Positions 24,435-33,957 of a DNA stretch of 64,000 bases are shown here, piece by piece; position 1 is the first letter of the stretch; every line of letters starts with the position of its first letter. Under the pieces are notes generated by a model that worked only from the letters and a program-made list of their open reading frames with translations, ran no database searches and was not told the origin of the DNA. This DNA is from Candidatus Zixiibacteriota bacterium (GTDB lineage: Bacteria > Zixibacteria > MSB-5A5 > DSPP01): the NCBI GenBank assembly GCA_022614805.1, contig JAKEHY010000002.1, forward strand, positions 4,726 to 68,725, written 5' to 3'. The position numbers and the translations under genes were made by a program.

Positions 24435-25427
24435 ATGAAAAAAGCCCTGGTCACCGGCGCCACCGGTTTTTTGGGCTCCCACCTCACTGATTTTTTGCTC
24501 AAGAAGGGGTACGAGGTCTCCGTTTTGGCCCGTCCCTCCAGCAAGTGGGACAACCTCGATTTTCCCGGCTATAAAAGCATCAGCGGGAGCTTGGACGACC
24601 CCTTGAGTTTGCGAAAGGCGGTCGAGGGGCAGGATTTTGTTTTTCATGCCGCCGGACTGATTCGCGCCCGCAGCCGGGAGGAATTTTTTGAAGTGAACCA
24701 TCTGGGCACCCAAAAGGTTTTGGAGGCGGTAGCCTATGCCAATCCCAAACTTTCCCGCTTTGTGTACGTTTCTTCGATGGCCGCCGCCGGGCCGGCGGAC
24801 GAGGGGGCGGACAAGCGGCTGAAAAAGGAGAGCGACGTCTGCAATCCCATCACCCCCTACGGCGAATCAAAGTGGGAGGGGGAAATTGAAACGATGCGCT
24901 ACCGGGAGAAATTTCCGGTCACCATCATCCGCCCCCCCGCCATTTACGGCCCCAAGGACAAATCGATGTTCACCTATTTTTGGCTGGCTTCCAAAGGGTT
25001 TTATCCCTTAATCGGCACGGGCGATAGCTACGTCAACATCGTCTGCGTGTACGATTTGGTGGAAGGAATCATCGCCGCCGCCGAGGAGCCCAAGGCGGCC
25101 GGGGAAATTTTTTATCTGGCCGAAAAGCAGGTTTACAGCTGGCGGGAGGCGGGGCAAATAATTGCTTTCGCCTGCGGCAAAGCGGGGCGGGCTCTTCGGA
25201 TTCCAAAATGGCTTTTGTTCACCGCGGGGGAGGCCAACCAGTTTGTCTCCAACCTCTTCGGCAAAGCGGCGCTCATTTCCCGCTGGAAAGCGATTGAATT
25301 GTCCCAAAAGTTCTGGACCTGCGACGTTTCCAAAGCGGAAAAGACCTTCGGCTACCAAACCCGCTATTCCCTGCCGGACGGGGCGGAGGTTACTTGCGAA
25401 TGGTACAAAAAGGCGGGATGGTTGTAA
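24435..25427 (+). CDS. NAD-dependent epimerase/dehydratase-family SDR (ceramide reductase CerR-like)
   Basis: TGATGFLG, YGESK, RPPAIYGP; divergent from spt. Confidence 0.8.
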   Translation: MKKALVTGATGFLGSHLTDFLLKKGYEVSVLARPSSKWDNLDFPGYKSISGSLDDPLSLRKAVEGQDFVFHAAGLIRARSREEFFEVNHLGTQKVLEAVAYANPKLSRFVYVSSMAAAGPADEGADKRLKKESDVCNPITPYGESKWEGEIETMRYREKFPVTIIRPPAIYGPKDKSMFTYFWLASKGFYPLIGTGDSYVNIVCVYDLVEGIIAAAEEPKAAGEIFYLAEKQVYSWREAGQIIAFACGKAGRALRIPKWLLFTAGEANQFVSNLFGKAALISRWKAIELSQKFWTCDVSKAEKTFGYQTRYSLPDGAEVTCEWYKKAGWL

Positions 25428-25457
25428 AAAAAGCGCCCCGATTACGGGGCGCTTTTT
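25427..25457. terminator. Bidirectional terminator
   Basis: aaaaaagcgcccc-gattac-ggggcgcttttt between convergent genes. Confidence 0.8.
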
Positions 25458-25479
25458 GCTCGTTGATTGGCCGGCGATT

Positions 25480-26016
25480 TCAGTCGCCGGATTTTTTCCC
25501 CCTACCCCGTTTGCGGCCTTCGTCGGCCTTGACCTCCTTGATTCTTTTGGAAAGCAGCCGGTCTCGGCTTTTCTTAGCCGGGCCGTAACCCGGCTTGGCT
25601 TTCAAGGCCAGCTCGTAGCGGGTGCGGGCGTCGCCGTACTTCCCCTGCCGTTCATACACTATCCCGATGTTGTACTGCACCCGGGCCACCCAGACCGGCT
25701 CGTGGTACAGGTCCAAAACGACGTAGTAGTGGTCCAGACAGCGGTCGTAGTAGGAGAGCTCCCGATAGCAGTCCGCCAGGTAGTAGTGCGCTTCCCAATA
25801 GGACGGGTCCTGCTCGATGCACAGTTCGAACTGCAGGGCCGCCCGGCTGTAGTAGCCCCTTTCGTACAGCCGCATTCCGTTGCGGAAGTGAACCCGCGCG
25901 GCCTGGATATGCCCCGGCGTGCTTTCCGCCACCACCACGGCGTGGGTATAGCCACCGCAACCCAACCCCACCGTGCTCATTATCGAAACCAGCCCCCAGA
26001 GAATAATCCTGCGCAT
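25480..26016 (-). CDS. TPR-containing exported protein, probably a lipoprotein
   Basis: Signal with LGC lipobox, TPR repeats, basic tail; AGGAGG RBS. Confidence 0.75.
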   Translation of the reverse strand: MRRIILWGLVSIMSTVGLGCGGYTHAVVVAESTPGHIQAARVHFRNGMRLYERGYYSRAALQFELCIEQDPSYWEAHYYLADCYRELSYYDRCLDHYYVVLDLYHEPVWVARVQYNIGIVYERQGKYGDARTRYELALKAKPGYGPAKKSRDRLLSKRIKEVKADEGRKRGRGKKSGD

Positions 26017-26212
26017 ATAACCTCCTTTGTTTTGCGGTTTGTGCCAAACAAAAGCCCGCTTGGCAGGATTTGGTGCTGCTTCTAACTATATTATACCCCT
26101 AACCATTCGAGGCAGTTCGTTTTTGTGGTTTTTAGTTGGGAGTCAAGGGGTTACAGTGTTTTTTAGTGAAGCGAAATGTGGGGATGACTGTAAAGGGTAA
26201 TTTCTTGTTAAA

Positions 26213-26905
26213 CTACTCTATTTTGTCAGATTTTTGAAGGTTGTGGCGTGCGCATAACAACTTTACATTGGCAGTCGTGATGCTCGTACCTCCTTTGGAA
26301 TAAGGTAAATCATGGTCAAAATGCAGTTCATCATCTGCCCCACATATCACACATTTACCTCCATCTCGTTTCCATACTGCTTTTTTAACTTCTGAAGGGA
26401 TTAGTCTTGAACGTGGAACTAATGACACCGCTTGGTTGGTTTCCAATTGTTGCAAACCGCTGTGTGTAAGGATAAATCTGAAAACTTTACGCTTACCGTC
26501 TTCCACGATTTTGTAATCAACCAAATCGAAAATCCCCTTAAGCGACCATACCCCTGAAATGACTTTTTCGTAAACTTTTACTCGCTCCGGCTTTTGCTTT
26601 CCACTTTTGTAGTTTGCAATACTTTTAACAAAGAGACCATTGGGGGTAGGTCGTCCGGATGGATACTCGAGGGATTGATCAATGTTTTTTGGGTCTATTC
26701 TTGTTGAGGTTTTGGCAATGTCGTGCCCTTCATATTCAATTGTTAAGCCATTCTCATAAATTTTGTTGTTATAGGAGGCATTTTTCCTTTGGGACATTAG
26801 AATGACTGAATAATTTGGATTGAGTCGAAAATTCATACCCCTTTGAAGAGTTTGAACATTTTCTTTACCACACATTTCCCGGTAGCTTAGAATTTCATCA
26901 AGCAT
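26213..26905 (-). CDS. HNH endonuclease with N-terminal putative DNA-modification-reading domain
   Basis: C-terminal RDGGKCVICG...HFDH...GG....N..LLC..HN; AT-rich. Confidence 0.8.
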   Translation of the reverse strand: MLDEILSYREMCGKENVQTLQRGMNFRLNPNYSVILMSQRKNASYNNKIYENGLTIEYEGHDIAKTSTRIDPKNIDQSLEYPSGRPTPNGLFVKSIANYKSGKQKPERVKVYEKVISGVWSLKGIFDLVDYKIVEDGKRKVFRFILTHSGLQQLETNQAVSLVPRSRLIPSEVKKAVWKRDGGKCVICGADDELHFDHDLPYSKGGTSITTANVKLLCARHNLQKSDKIE

Positions 26906-26942
26906 AAAAATTTTAGGAGGGCATTACGCATTTATCCGTTTT

Positions 26943-27380
26943 CTACTTTTGCAACACTTTCTCCCGACAATACCCGTACAAGGCATCATAAACAATAAAC
27001 TCTTTTTCCAAAATCTCGTGGTCGTTTTTCAGGCCCAGCTTTTGAAACCCTTCGGCGATGGCTTTCAGGCCCGGGGCTTCCGGACGGCCGTATAAATCGG
27101 ATTGCACGTCGGCGCCGTGGACGATTTGGGCCAAAAGCTCGATGGCGGGGTCGTGGATGTGATATTTGGCCACAATCGCCTCAAAGCTGCATTTGCCATC
27201 GTGATGCCCCAGCTCCACGCCGGGAGCATCGAAGGGGATTGCCCCCTCCTTTTCGGCCATCTCCGGCACTTTTTCCGCGGGAACAAACAGGAATTCCGCC
27301 TTCGGGTCCACGAATTTGCGTATCAGCCAGGGACAGGCGACCCTGTCCACTTTGACCTTTTCGCGAGTTATCCATTTCAT
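26943..27380 (-). CDS. Chromate resistance ChrB C-terminal domain protein
   Basis: MKWITRE..KVDRVACPWLIRKFVD...FD...CSFE...YDALY. Confidence 0.85.
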   Translation of the reverse strand: MKWITREKVKVDRVACPWLIRKFVDPKAEFLFVPAEKVPEMAEKEGAIPFDAPGVELGHHDGKCSFEAIVAKYHIHDPAIELLAQIVHGADVQSDLYGRPEAPGLKAIAEGFQKLGLKNDHEILEKEFIVYDALYGYCREKVLQK

Positions 27381-27442
27381 TTTGCCTCCTTTTCCGCCTT
27401 GACGTCTGCAATTTAAGCAATCGTTGGATTTGTAACAACAAT

Positions 27443-27655
27443 GTGGGGGCAGACTTACGTATCCCTTCGACGGGCGAACGCCGTTCGCCCCTATGGTTCA
27501 TATTGCAAACGTAGGGGTTTGATTAATCAAACCCCTACAAACCTCTCTTTAATCCTCCCCTACAAGGGGAGGAGATTATTTGTTCAATTTTGGTGTTTTA
27601 TTGGAGCAAGCTAATGTGTCAGCCCAGAGGGCGAACACATCGGTTCCCCCCTACA
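27443..27655. repeat. Cluster of REP-like palindromes
   Basis: gggcgaacgccgttcgcccctat; gtaggggtttgattaatcaaacccctac; cctcccctacaaggggagg; gggcgaacacatcggttccccccta. Confidence 0.6.
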
Positions 27656-27731
27656 GGGTTGACGCAGGGGGAGGTTTTGCGGATATTGACAGGGGAAAAA
27701 GACTTTTTTATGGATAACAATTAGAGGAATT

Positions 27732-28097
27732 ATGTACGAAATTTCTGTCTCGACAAGCTTTGCCGCCTCCCACCATCTGGTGGGCTACAACGGGGAATGC
27801 GCCCGCGACCACGGCCACAACTGGAAGGCCGAGGCGGTGGTGGCGGCGGGCGGCCTGGACGATGTCGGGATAGCCATCGATTTCAAGGCGGTCAAGAAAT
27901 TGCTGGAGGAAATCACCGAGCCGTTCGACCATCGAAATTTGAACGAGCTGCCGCAGTTTGATCAAAAGAACCCAACCTCCGAGAACCTGGCGGCCTGGAT
28001 TTATGGGGAGATGGAAAAGCGGCTGCCGGCCGGGGTCAAGCCGCTGCGCGTGCGGGTTTGGGAAACGGAAAAATACGCGGTCACCTATTCGAAATGA
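27732..28097 (+). CDS. queD: 6-carboxytetrahydropterin synthase QueD
   Basis: FAASHHL, C..DHGHNW, PTSENLA, VWET. Confidence 0.93.
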   Translation: MYEISVSTSFAASHHLVGYNGECARDHGHNWKAEAVVAAGGLDDVGIAIDFKAVKKLLEEITEPFDHRNLNELPQFDQKNPTSENLAAWIYGEMEKRLPAGVKPLRVRVWETEKYAVTYSK

Positions 28098-28735
28098 GCT
28101 TGAAAGTCAACGAAATTTATTTTTCCATTCAGGGAGAATCTTCCTATGCCGGACTTCCCTGCGTCTTCGTCCGGCTGACCGGCTGCAATTTGCGCTGCGT
28201 CTGGTGCGACACGGAATACGCCTTTTACGAAGGGGAGTGGAAATCACTCGACCAAATCGTGGCGGAAGTGGCCCAGTTCGGCTGCCGGTTGGTCGAATTG
28301 ACCGGCGGGGAGCCGCTTTTGCAGAAGGAAAGTTTTGCTTTGGTGGATAAATTAGTCGAAGCCGGTTTCAAAGTGCTCATCGAAACAAGCGGCTCGATAA
28401 CGCTTGCCAAACTGAACCCGGAGGCGGTTAAAATAATGGACATCAAGTGCCCCGGCAGCCAAATGGCGCACAAAAACTGCTGGGAGAATATCGATTATCT
28501 GACGCCAAAGGACGAGGTGAAATTCGTTTTGGCCGACCGGGCGGATTACGACTGGGCCGTCGAGGTTATGCGCAAGCATCAGTTGGACAAAAAGGCGAGC
28601 GTGCTTTTTTCCACCGTTTTCGGCCAACTGGAACCGGTGAAAGTGGTCGAATGGATTTTGCAAGACAAACTGCCGGTGCGCTTTCAACTGCAGATGCACA
28701 AGTTCATCTGGCATCCGGAGATGCGGGGCGTATGA
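28094..28735 (+). CDS. queE: 7-carboxy-7-deazaguanine synthase QueE (radical SAM)
   Basis: SIQGE, CNLRCVWCD, TGGEP, QMHK. Confidence 0.93.
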   Translation: MSLKVNEIYFSIQGESSYAGLPCVFVRLTGCNLRCVWCDTEYAFYEGEWKSLDQIVAEVAQFGCRLVELTGGEPLLQKESFALVDKLVEAGFKVLIETSGSITLAKLNPEAVKIMDIKCPGSQMAHKNCWENIDYLTPKDEVKFVLADRADYDWAVEVMRKHQLDKKASVLFSTVFGQLEPVKVVEWILQDKLPVRFQLQMHKFIWHPEMRGV

Positions 28736-29424
28736 GCAGACCCCTCGAAGTCGTTTTGATAAGCGGCGGGATGGATTCGGCGGTGGCGCTCGGAATGACG
28801 TTGAAGGAGAGGTTTGAAGCCGCTGGGCTGCATTTGAACTACGGGCAGAAGACCGAAAAGCGGGAAGTGCGTGCGTTTAAGGAGATTTGCGATTTTTATG
28901 GCATCGAGAAGCGTCTCGTCGTTTCCCTTCCCTATTTCCGGCAAATCGGCGGCTCCAGTTTGACGGATGAGAAAATTCCGGTTTCGACTTCCGGCATCGA
29001 CCCACAGGGAATTCCCAGCTCCTACGTGCCGTTCCGAAATGCCCACGGTTTGTCGATAGCGACCTCGTGGGCCGAAGTTTTAGGCGCTTCCCGCATCGTC
29101 ATTGGCGCGGTGGAAGAGGACAGCTCCGGCTATCCCGATTGCCGGGAGGTTTTCTATAAAGCTTTTGAACAGGCGATTCGCTTGGGGACCAAGCCGAAAA
29201 CGAAAATCGAAATCGCTACCCCTGTGATTCATTTTTCCAAAGCGGAAATCGTCCGCAAAGGGAGCGAGTTGGGAGTGCCGTTCCACTTGACCTGGTCGTG
29301 CTATCAGAACGAAGAGGCGGCCTGCGGGGTGTGCGACAGCTGCCGGCTGCGGCTGAAAGGTTTTGAGGAAGCGGGTGTGGAAGACCCGATTCCCTACAAG
29401 GAGAAAGAGAAAATCTATGCGTGA
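28732..29424 (+). CDS. queC: 7-cyano-7-deazaguanine synthase QueC
   Basis: SGGMDS, YVPFRN, YPDCR, TWSCY...CGVCDSC. Confidence 0.95.
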   Translation: MSRPLEVVLISGGMDSAVALGMTLKERFEAAGLHLNYGQKTEKREVRAFKEICDFYGIEKRLVVSLPYFRQIGGSSLTDEKIPVSTSGIDPQGIPSSYVPFRNAHGLSIATSWAEVLGASRIVIGAVEEDSSGYPDCREVFYKAFEQAIRLGTKPKTKIEIATPVIHFSKAEIVRKGSELGVPFHLTWSCYQNEEAACGVCDSCRLRLKGFEEAGVEDPIPYKEKEKIYA

Positions 29425-30244
29425 CTTGCAGAACGAAAAGGATTTGCGCAACATGCCATTAAATCGCGTTGGCATCAAAAACCTGCGCTATCCGGTGGAG
29501 GTTTTGGACCAGAAGGCGGGCCGGCAGAAAACGGTGGCCAACATCTCGATGTTCGTCGATTTGGCCGGAGATTTGCGCGGCACCCACCTTTCCCGCTTTG
29601 TGGAGCTGGTGCACAAGCACAAAGATGAAATCGGAGTATCCAACCTCGCGGCCATTTTGGAAGAGACCAAGGAAGTTTTCGATTCCCGGGATGCTTATCT
29701 GGAACTGGCCTTTCCCTACTTTGTCGAAAAGCAGGCGCCGGTGACGGGCGAGCGGGGGCTTTTGGAATACCGCTCGTTTTTCGCCGCCTATTTGTCGGAT
29801 GCCTACCGCGCCACGGTCGGGGTTTCGGTGCCGGTCACCACCCTGTGCCCCTGTTCCAAGGAGATTTCCTCCGCCGGGGCGCATAATCAAAGAAGCTTGG
29901 TGGGTCTCTGGGTGGAGGCCGCCCGCTTCGTCTGGTTCGAAGACCTCATCGCCCTCGTGGAAGAAAAGGCTTCCTCCGATTTGTTTTCCCTTTTGAAGCG
30001 GGAGGATGAGAAATTCGTGACCGAAAAGGCGTATGCCAATCCCCGCTTTGTAGAGGATTTGGTGCGGGAGGTGGCTTTGGAATTGGAGGGGGACGCGGAG
30101 GTTTCCGGTTTCCGGGTGGAGGTGGAATCGTTGGAATCGATTCACAACCACAACGCCTACGCTTTGGTGGAACGGGGGCAGGTTTTGGGCCCGGCTTCCA
30201 CCATCCCGTTTTGGGCTCCGGAAAAAATCACCACGGCTTTTTAG
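29417..30244 (+). CDS. folE2: GTP cyclohydrolase IB FolE2
   Basis: GTHLSRF, TLCPCSK, AHNQRS, KREDE, ESIHNHNA. Confidence 0.93.
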   Translation: MRDLQNEKDLRNMPLNRVGIKNLRYPVEVLDQKAGRQKTVANISMFVDLAGDLRGTHLSRFVELVHKHKDEIGVSNLAAILEETKEVFDSRDAYLELAFPYFVEKQAPVTGERGLLEYRSFFAAYLSDAYRATVGVSVPVTTLCPCSKEISSAGAHNQRSLVGLWVEAARFVWFEDLIALVEEKASSDLFSLLKREDEKFVTEKAYANPRFVEDLVREVALELEGDAEVSGFRVEVESLESIHNHNAYALVERGQVLGPASTIPFWAPEKITTAF

Positions 30245-30255
30245 CCGTGCCGTAT

Positions 30256-30284
30256 GGGTAGCCCGGAGCCCCGGCTCCGGGGTT
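30256..30284. repeat. GTAG REP-like element (second copy at 56748-56776)
   Basis: gggtagcccggagccccggctccggggtt; one mismatch to the copy after lepA. Confidence 0.7.
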
Positions 30285-30297
30285 TGGGTAAGCGCAA

Positions 30298-30663
30298 TTG
30301 GACAAAACAAAAGTTCTTTTAATCGACGACCAACTTCTGTTCATTTCGCAAATTTCCTCCAAGCTCGCGGCTTTGGGTTTGGAAGTTGAGTCACAGATGC
30401 CGAATAGCAATGGGCTTTTGGAAAAGGCGGCGCAGAGTTCGCTCGTTTTGATAAATCTGGGTTTTGCGGGTGAAAAAGCGCTGGAGTTGGTTAGGGCTTT
30501 GCGAAAAGATTGGCCGGAGCTGCCGATTATCGGTTATTGCGGCCACGAGGAAAAGGAGCTTATGGAGTCGGGTCTCGCGGCGGGAGCTTCGGCGGTGGTG
30601 CCGAATTCGCAAATTACCTTGAATACCAAAAAGGTAATCGGGCCGTTTCTACATATCGGATGA
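30298..30663 (+). CDS. Single-domain atypical response regulator
   Basis: VLLIDD; phosphoacceptor position reads N (LINL); conserved Lys not evident. Confidence 0.7.
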   Translation: MDKTKVLLIDDQLLFISQISSKLAALGLEVESQMPNSNGLLEKAAQSSLVLINLGFAGEKALELVRALRKDWPELPIIGYCGHEEKELMESGLAAGASAVVPNSQITLNTKKVIGPFLHIG

Positions 30664-30983
30664 AAAAGACAAAAGTGAAAAACCAACCGGAAGGGCTTTT
30701 TGTCAGAATTTACCGCTTGGTAAACAGCATTCCCCGGGGGAAGGTAACCACGTATGGAACCATCGCCCGGGTGCTGGGCAACCCGCGTTTATCCCGCCGC
30801 GTGGGGTTCGCGATGGCTTCTTTGCCGCAAGGTTCGGCCGTCCCCTGGTATCGGGTCGTCGGTAAAAACGGCATTACGGTTCCTCCCCCGTATAACGCCA
30901 TTCAAAAGTCGCTTTTGACCAAAGAAAAAGTGCGGTTCGATAAAAACGGTCGGCCGCTGGAGAAATATTTTCATCAGTTCTGA
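30660..30983 (+). CDS. MGMT-family alkyltransferase-like protein (ATL)
   Basis: IPRGKVTTYG.IA, RVG, PWYRVV (Trp instead of the catalytic Cys). Confidence 0.85.
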   Translation: MKKTKVKNQPEGLFVRIYRLVNSIPRGKVTTYGTIARVLGNPRLSRRVGFAMASLPQGSAVPWYRVVGKNGITVPPPYNAIQKSLLTKEKVRFDKNGRPLEKYFHQF

Positions 30984-31091
30984 ATTGAGAACGGCATGGA
31001 TGCTGGTTTTCGACAATATGAAAGCAGACCGTAGGGCTTGATTTTTGTGCGGAAATTCATACATTAAAAAGGCCCAAGAGAACGGGTTTAG

Positions 31092-31152
31092 CCCTGCTCC
31101 CTCCAAGCCCTAACGGCCGGAGGCAGCCAAACTTTTGACCGAAGGGAGAGCA
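31092..31152 (+). ncRNA. Putative S6:S18 ribosomal protein leader
   Basis: TGCTCCCT can pair with AGGGAGAGCA (sequestering the RBS), with CCG just 5' of the RBS, directly upstream of rpsF-rpsR. Confidence 0.55.
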
Positions 31153-31494
31153 ATGCAGACCTACGAAACAACTTTAATTCTATCCCCCATTTTGCCGGAA
31201 GCGGACTGGGAGGCGAAAGCCGCCAAATACGAAGGGCTTATCACTTCCGGCGGCGGGGAAATCAAAAAGAAGGAAATCTGGGGAATTCGCAAGCTGGCCT
31301 ATCCCATCCGCCACAAATCGCAGGGATATTACGTTTTTTTCCAGTACCAGGCCCCCGGCGAGGTGCCGCGGGAGTTGGACCGGAACATCGGGCTGGATGA
31401 AGAAGTGCTGCGCCACCTGACGGTCCTGTCCAAGCGGGTTCCGATTCGTCCCGCACCGGAAGTTCCGGAGACGCAAGCGAAAGGAGTGGAATAA
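31153..31494 (+). CDS. rpsF: 30S ribosomal protein S6
   Basis: [25 protein letters not shown]. Confidence 0.96.
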   Translation: MQTYETTLILSPILPEADWEAKAAKYEGLITSGGGEIKKKEIWGIRKLAYPIRHKSQGYYVFFQYQAPGEVPRELDRNIGLDEEVLRHLTVLSKRVPIRPAPEVPETQAKGVE

Positions 31495-31781
31495 TGCCGC
31501 GCCGTTTTGAGCGGGATGAAGAACACCACCGGATGGAAAGAGGGGAGCGGGGGGAAAGGGCCCCGGTCAGCAAGAAAAGTTGCCGCTTTTGCGCCAACCC
31601 GTTTGACCCGATAGATTATAAGAACGAGCGGCAGGTGCGCCGGCTGATTTCGGAGCGGGGGAAAATCCTTCCCCGCCGGGCCACCGGCAACTGCGCCAAG
31701 CACCAAAGGGAGGCGGCCCTGGCCGTCAAATATGCCCGGCATCTGGCGCTTTTGCCGTTTGTTTCGGAATTTCATAAATGA
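31494..31781 (+). CDS. rpsR: 30S ribosomal protein S18 (Zn-binding form)
   Basis: [36 protein letters not shown]. Confidence 0.97.
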   Translation: MPRRFERDEEHHRMERGERGERAPVSKKSCRFCANPFDPIDYKNERQVRRLISERGKILPRRATGNCAKHQREAALAVKYARHLALLPFVSEFHK

Positions 31782-32716
31782 AGCTGGTTGGAATGCTTTT
31801 GGCTTTGACTTTCGGCCTGACGGTTCTGGCCACCGGCGGGTGGCTGCCGGCCGGGGCGGTTTTCGCACTCAACCTGGCGCTTTCGGTGTCGCTCATCTTT
31901 CTTTTCGGCCGCCTGCCGCTCGGCGCCTCACTCGGGTGGACGTTCATTTTAACCGCGGCTTCCGGCTGGATGGGAAAAAGCTGGATGGCGGCGGTGGTTT
32001 ATCTTGCCTTAACCCTTTTGCCGGCGGCGGCGGTCGGGCTGGCGGTGGCGAAAAAGATTTCGTACGGCCGAACGCTTCTGGTGTTGGCGGCCTCGGCTTT
32101 GGCTCCCACCGCTCTTTTTGTCGGGTTCGCCTATTCATCGGTCCAGCTTCAACTTTTGGCGTTTGGCGAAACGATGAAGCAAACCCTGGCCGGGCTGGGG
32201 GCGGGTTTGGGCTCCTCCGCCCGGGGGGAGCAGTTCCAGAAGGCCGTCCAATCTTACCTTGAATTCATTGTCGGAGTGATTCCAGCATTATACTTTATAT
32301 CCAGCTTCTTCTTTCTGGCGCTGTCCCATTTGCTGGCCGTCTGGGCCTTGGGGCGCCTGGGCATCTTTTCCCCGGGGCCGAAAAAATTCATAACCTGGCA
32401 GGCGCCGTTTTTTCTCGTTTTTCTGCTCGGCGCCGGGCTGGCCAGTCATCTTTTTTTGGAAGCGGGCTGGGTGGCCGCGGCCGACAATCTGCTTGTGGTG
32501 GTGATTTTCATCTATGCGGTCGGCGGGGCGTCGAATGTGGAATACTTTTTGAAAAAATTGCGCGCCCACTGGGCGGTGAAGGGTTTGTTTTACGTTTGGA
32601 TGGTTCTTTTCGGACTGGCCTCTTTTTTTATTCTCTCGGCGGTCGGGTTTTTGGACAGTCGGTTTGATTTTCGGGGGCTCAAAAAAGTTGCTTTGACAAA
32701 GGAAAGCGAGGAATAG
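31778..32716 (+). CDS. YybS/DUF2232 family membrane protein
   Basis: Polytopic hydrophobic protein ending [10 protein letters not shown], in the typical rpsR-rplI position. Confidence 0.8.
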   Translation: MKLVGMLLALTFGLTVLATGGWLPAGAVFALNLALSVSLIFLFGRLPLGASLGWTFILTAASGWMGKSWMAAVVYLALTLLPAAAVGLAVAKKISYGRTLLVLAASALAPTALFVGFAYSSVQLQLLAFGETMKQTLAGLGAGLGSSARGEQFQKAVQSYLEFIVGVIPALYFISSFFFLALSHLLAVWALGRLGIFSPGPKKFITWQAPFFLVFLLGAGLASHLFLEAGWVAAADNLLVVVIFIYAVGGASNVEYFLKKLRAHWAVKGLFYVWMVLFGLASFFILSAVGFLDSRFDFRGLKKVALTKESEE

Positions 32717-32720
32717 GGAA

Positions 32721-33182
32721 ATGAAGGTCATTTTGAAGGAGGACGTGGAAAAACTGGGGAAGGTGGGGGAGGTGGTGCGCGTGGCAGACGGCTACGCGCG
32801 GAACTATCTTTTGCCCCGCCAGCTGGCGACCGTGGCCACCAAGGGGACGCTTAAGGCCGTCGAGCACATCACCCGCGAAAAAGCGCTGCGCGACCAGAAA
32901 AGAAGGCGGGAGCTGGAACGGCTCAAACAGAGTATAGAGAAACTCTCACTTATGACCGAAAAAGAAACAGGGGAGGAGGACCGGCTGTTCGGGTCGGTCA
33001 CCAGCTCCGAGATTGCCGAGCTTCTGGCCCAGCAGGGGATTGGGGTGGACCGGCGCAAAATCGAACTGGAGGAGCCGATAAAGGCTTTGGGGATTTACGA
33101 AGTGCCGGTGCGGCTGGGATTGGACATCACCGCCACCCTGAAGCTGTGGGTGGTGCGGAAAAAAGAGGAGATTTCGGGTTAA
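32721..33182 (+). CDS. rplI: 50S ribosomal protein L9
   Basis: MKVILKEDV..LG..G, GYARNYLLP, LFGSVT. Confidence 0.97.
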   Translation: MKVILKEDVEKLGKVGEVVRVADGYARNYLLPRQLATVATKGTLKAVEHITREKALRDQKRRRELERLKQSIEKLSLMTEKETGEEDRLFGSVTSSEIAELLAQQGIGVDRRKIELEEPIKALGIYEVPVRLGLDITATLKLWVVRKKEEISG

Positions 33183-33238
33183 ACGGAAACGGTTCTTTTG
33201 CGTATTATTTGATGGGAAAGGAAAGCGGGTAAAAAGAC

Positions 33239-33757
33239 GTGGCGGAAATGATTCAATCCAAAATCAACGGGCTGGCTTTAGACGTTTCCACCCAGTCGCC
33301 GGTGGTGATTTTAGCCCCCTTGGACGCCTCCGGCCCCAACGGGGAAAAGGTTTTGCCCATCTGGATCGGCCCGTTCGAAGCCCAGGCGATTGCGATGGAG
33401 CTTTCCGGCATTCCCTCCAAAAGGCCCTTGACCCACGACCTGATTAAAGCGGTCATTGGCTCGATGGGGGGAAAGGTGGAGAAAATCGAGGTTACCGAAC
33501 TGGTGAACCAGACTTTCTACGCCAAAATCTACGTCTCCGTCAACAGTCACACCGTCGAAATCGATGCCCGTCCTTCCGATTCTTTGGCTTTGGCCTTGAA
33601 ATCCAAAGCGCCGATTTTCGTCAACGGAGAGCTCTTTCAAGAGCGCAAAGACCAAATGGGCCCCATCGGGGGGCCGGAGTCGGGCGAGTCGCCCGATTCG
33701 CTGCGCGAGCGGCTGCGGCGCATCAACCCGGAAGATTTCGGCCGGTATTCGCTGTAG
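33239..33757 (+). CDS. Bifunctional nuclease family protein (DUF151)
   Basis: LPIWIGPFEA.AI, RPLTHDL, DARPSD. Confidence 0.9.
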   Translation: MAEMIQSKINGLALDVSTQSPVVILAPLDASGPNGEKVLPIWIGPFEAQAIAMELSGIPSKRPLTHDLIKAVIGSMGGKVEKIEVTELVNQTFYAKIYVSVNSHTVEIDARPSDSLALALKSKAPIFVNGELFQERKDQMGPIGGPESGESPDSLRERLRRINPEDFGRYSL

Positions 33758-33796
33758 TTGGTTTCTTCGGCATTTTTTTCCCATTCAAATTTATCG

Positions 33797-33864
33797 GGTA
33801 GCGGAAACCTTCAGGTTTCCATTTTTCATTGAGGAACAATGGAGGACTAAAGTCCTCCGCTACC
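33797..33864. repeat. GTAG...CTAC inverted REP doublet (REPIN-like)
   Basis: ggtagcggaaaccttcaggtttcc ... ggaggactaaagtcctccgctacc. Confidence 0.65.
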
Positions 33865-33957
33865 ACAAAAAGCGAGTTTCTTGGTAAACACCGGACGTTT
33901 GATTATATTGCTTATGGCAGTGTAGAAAAACCGAAAAGACGCATCTGCCCCATTGAT

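Noticed and set aside
26030..26075. Sigma-54 promoter or c-di-GMP riboswitch upstream of the TPR lipoprotein
   Set aside because: GG-GC spacing of the TGGCAC motif is wrong for -24/-12, and no GEMM two-stem structure is evident.
27443..27655. Possible CRISPR array
   Set aside because: The palindromes are non-identical and irregularly spaced, with no cas genes; better explained as REP-like repeats.
27655..27731. PreQ1 riboswitch upstream of queD
   Set aside because: Looked for it; no preQ1-I stem or A-rich pseudoknot tail could be recognised.
27732..30244. que genes as a 7-deazaguanine DNA-modification (dpd) system next to the HNH nuclease
   Set aside because: No dpdA/tgt-like gene in the window; host-like composition and the presence of queF point to ordinary tRNA queuosine synthesis.
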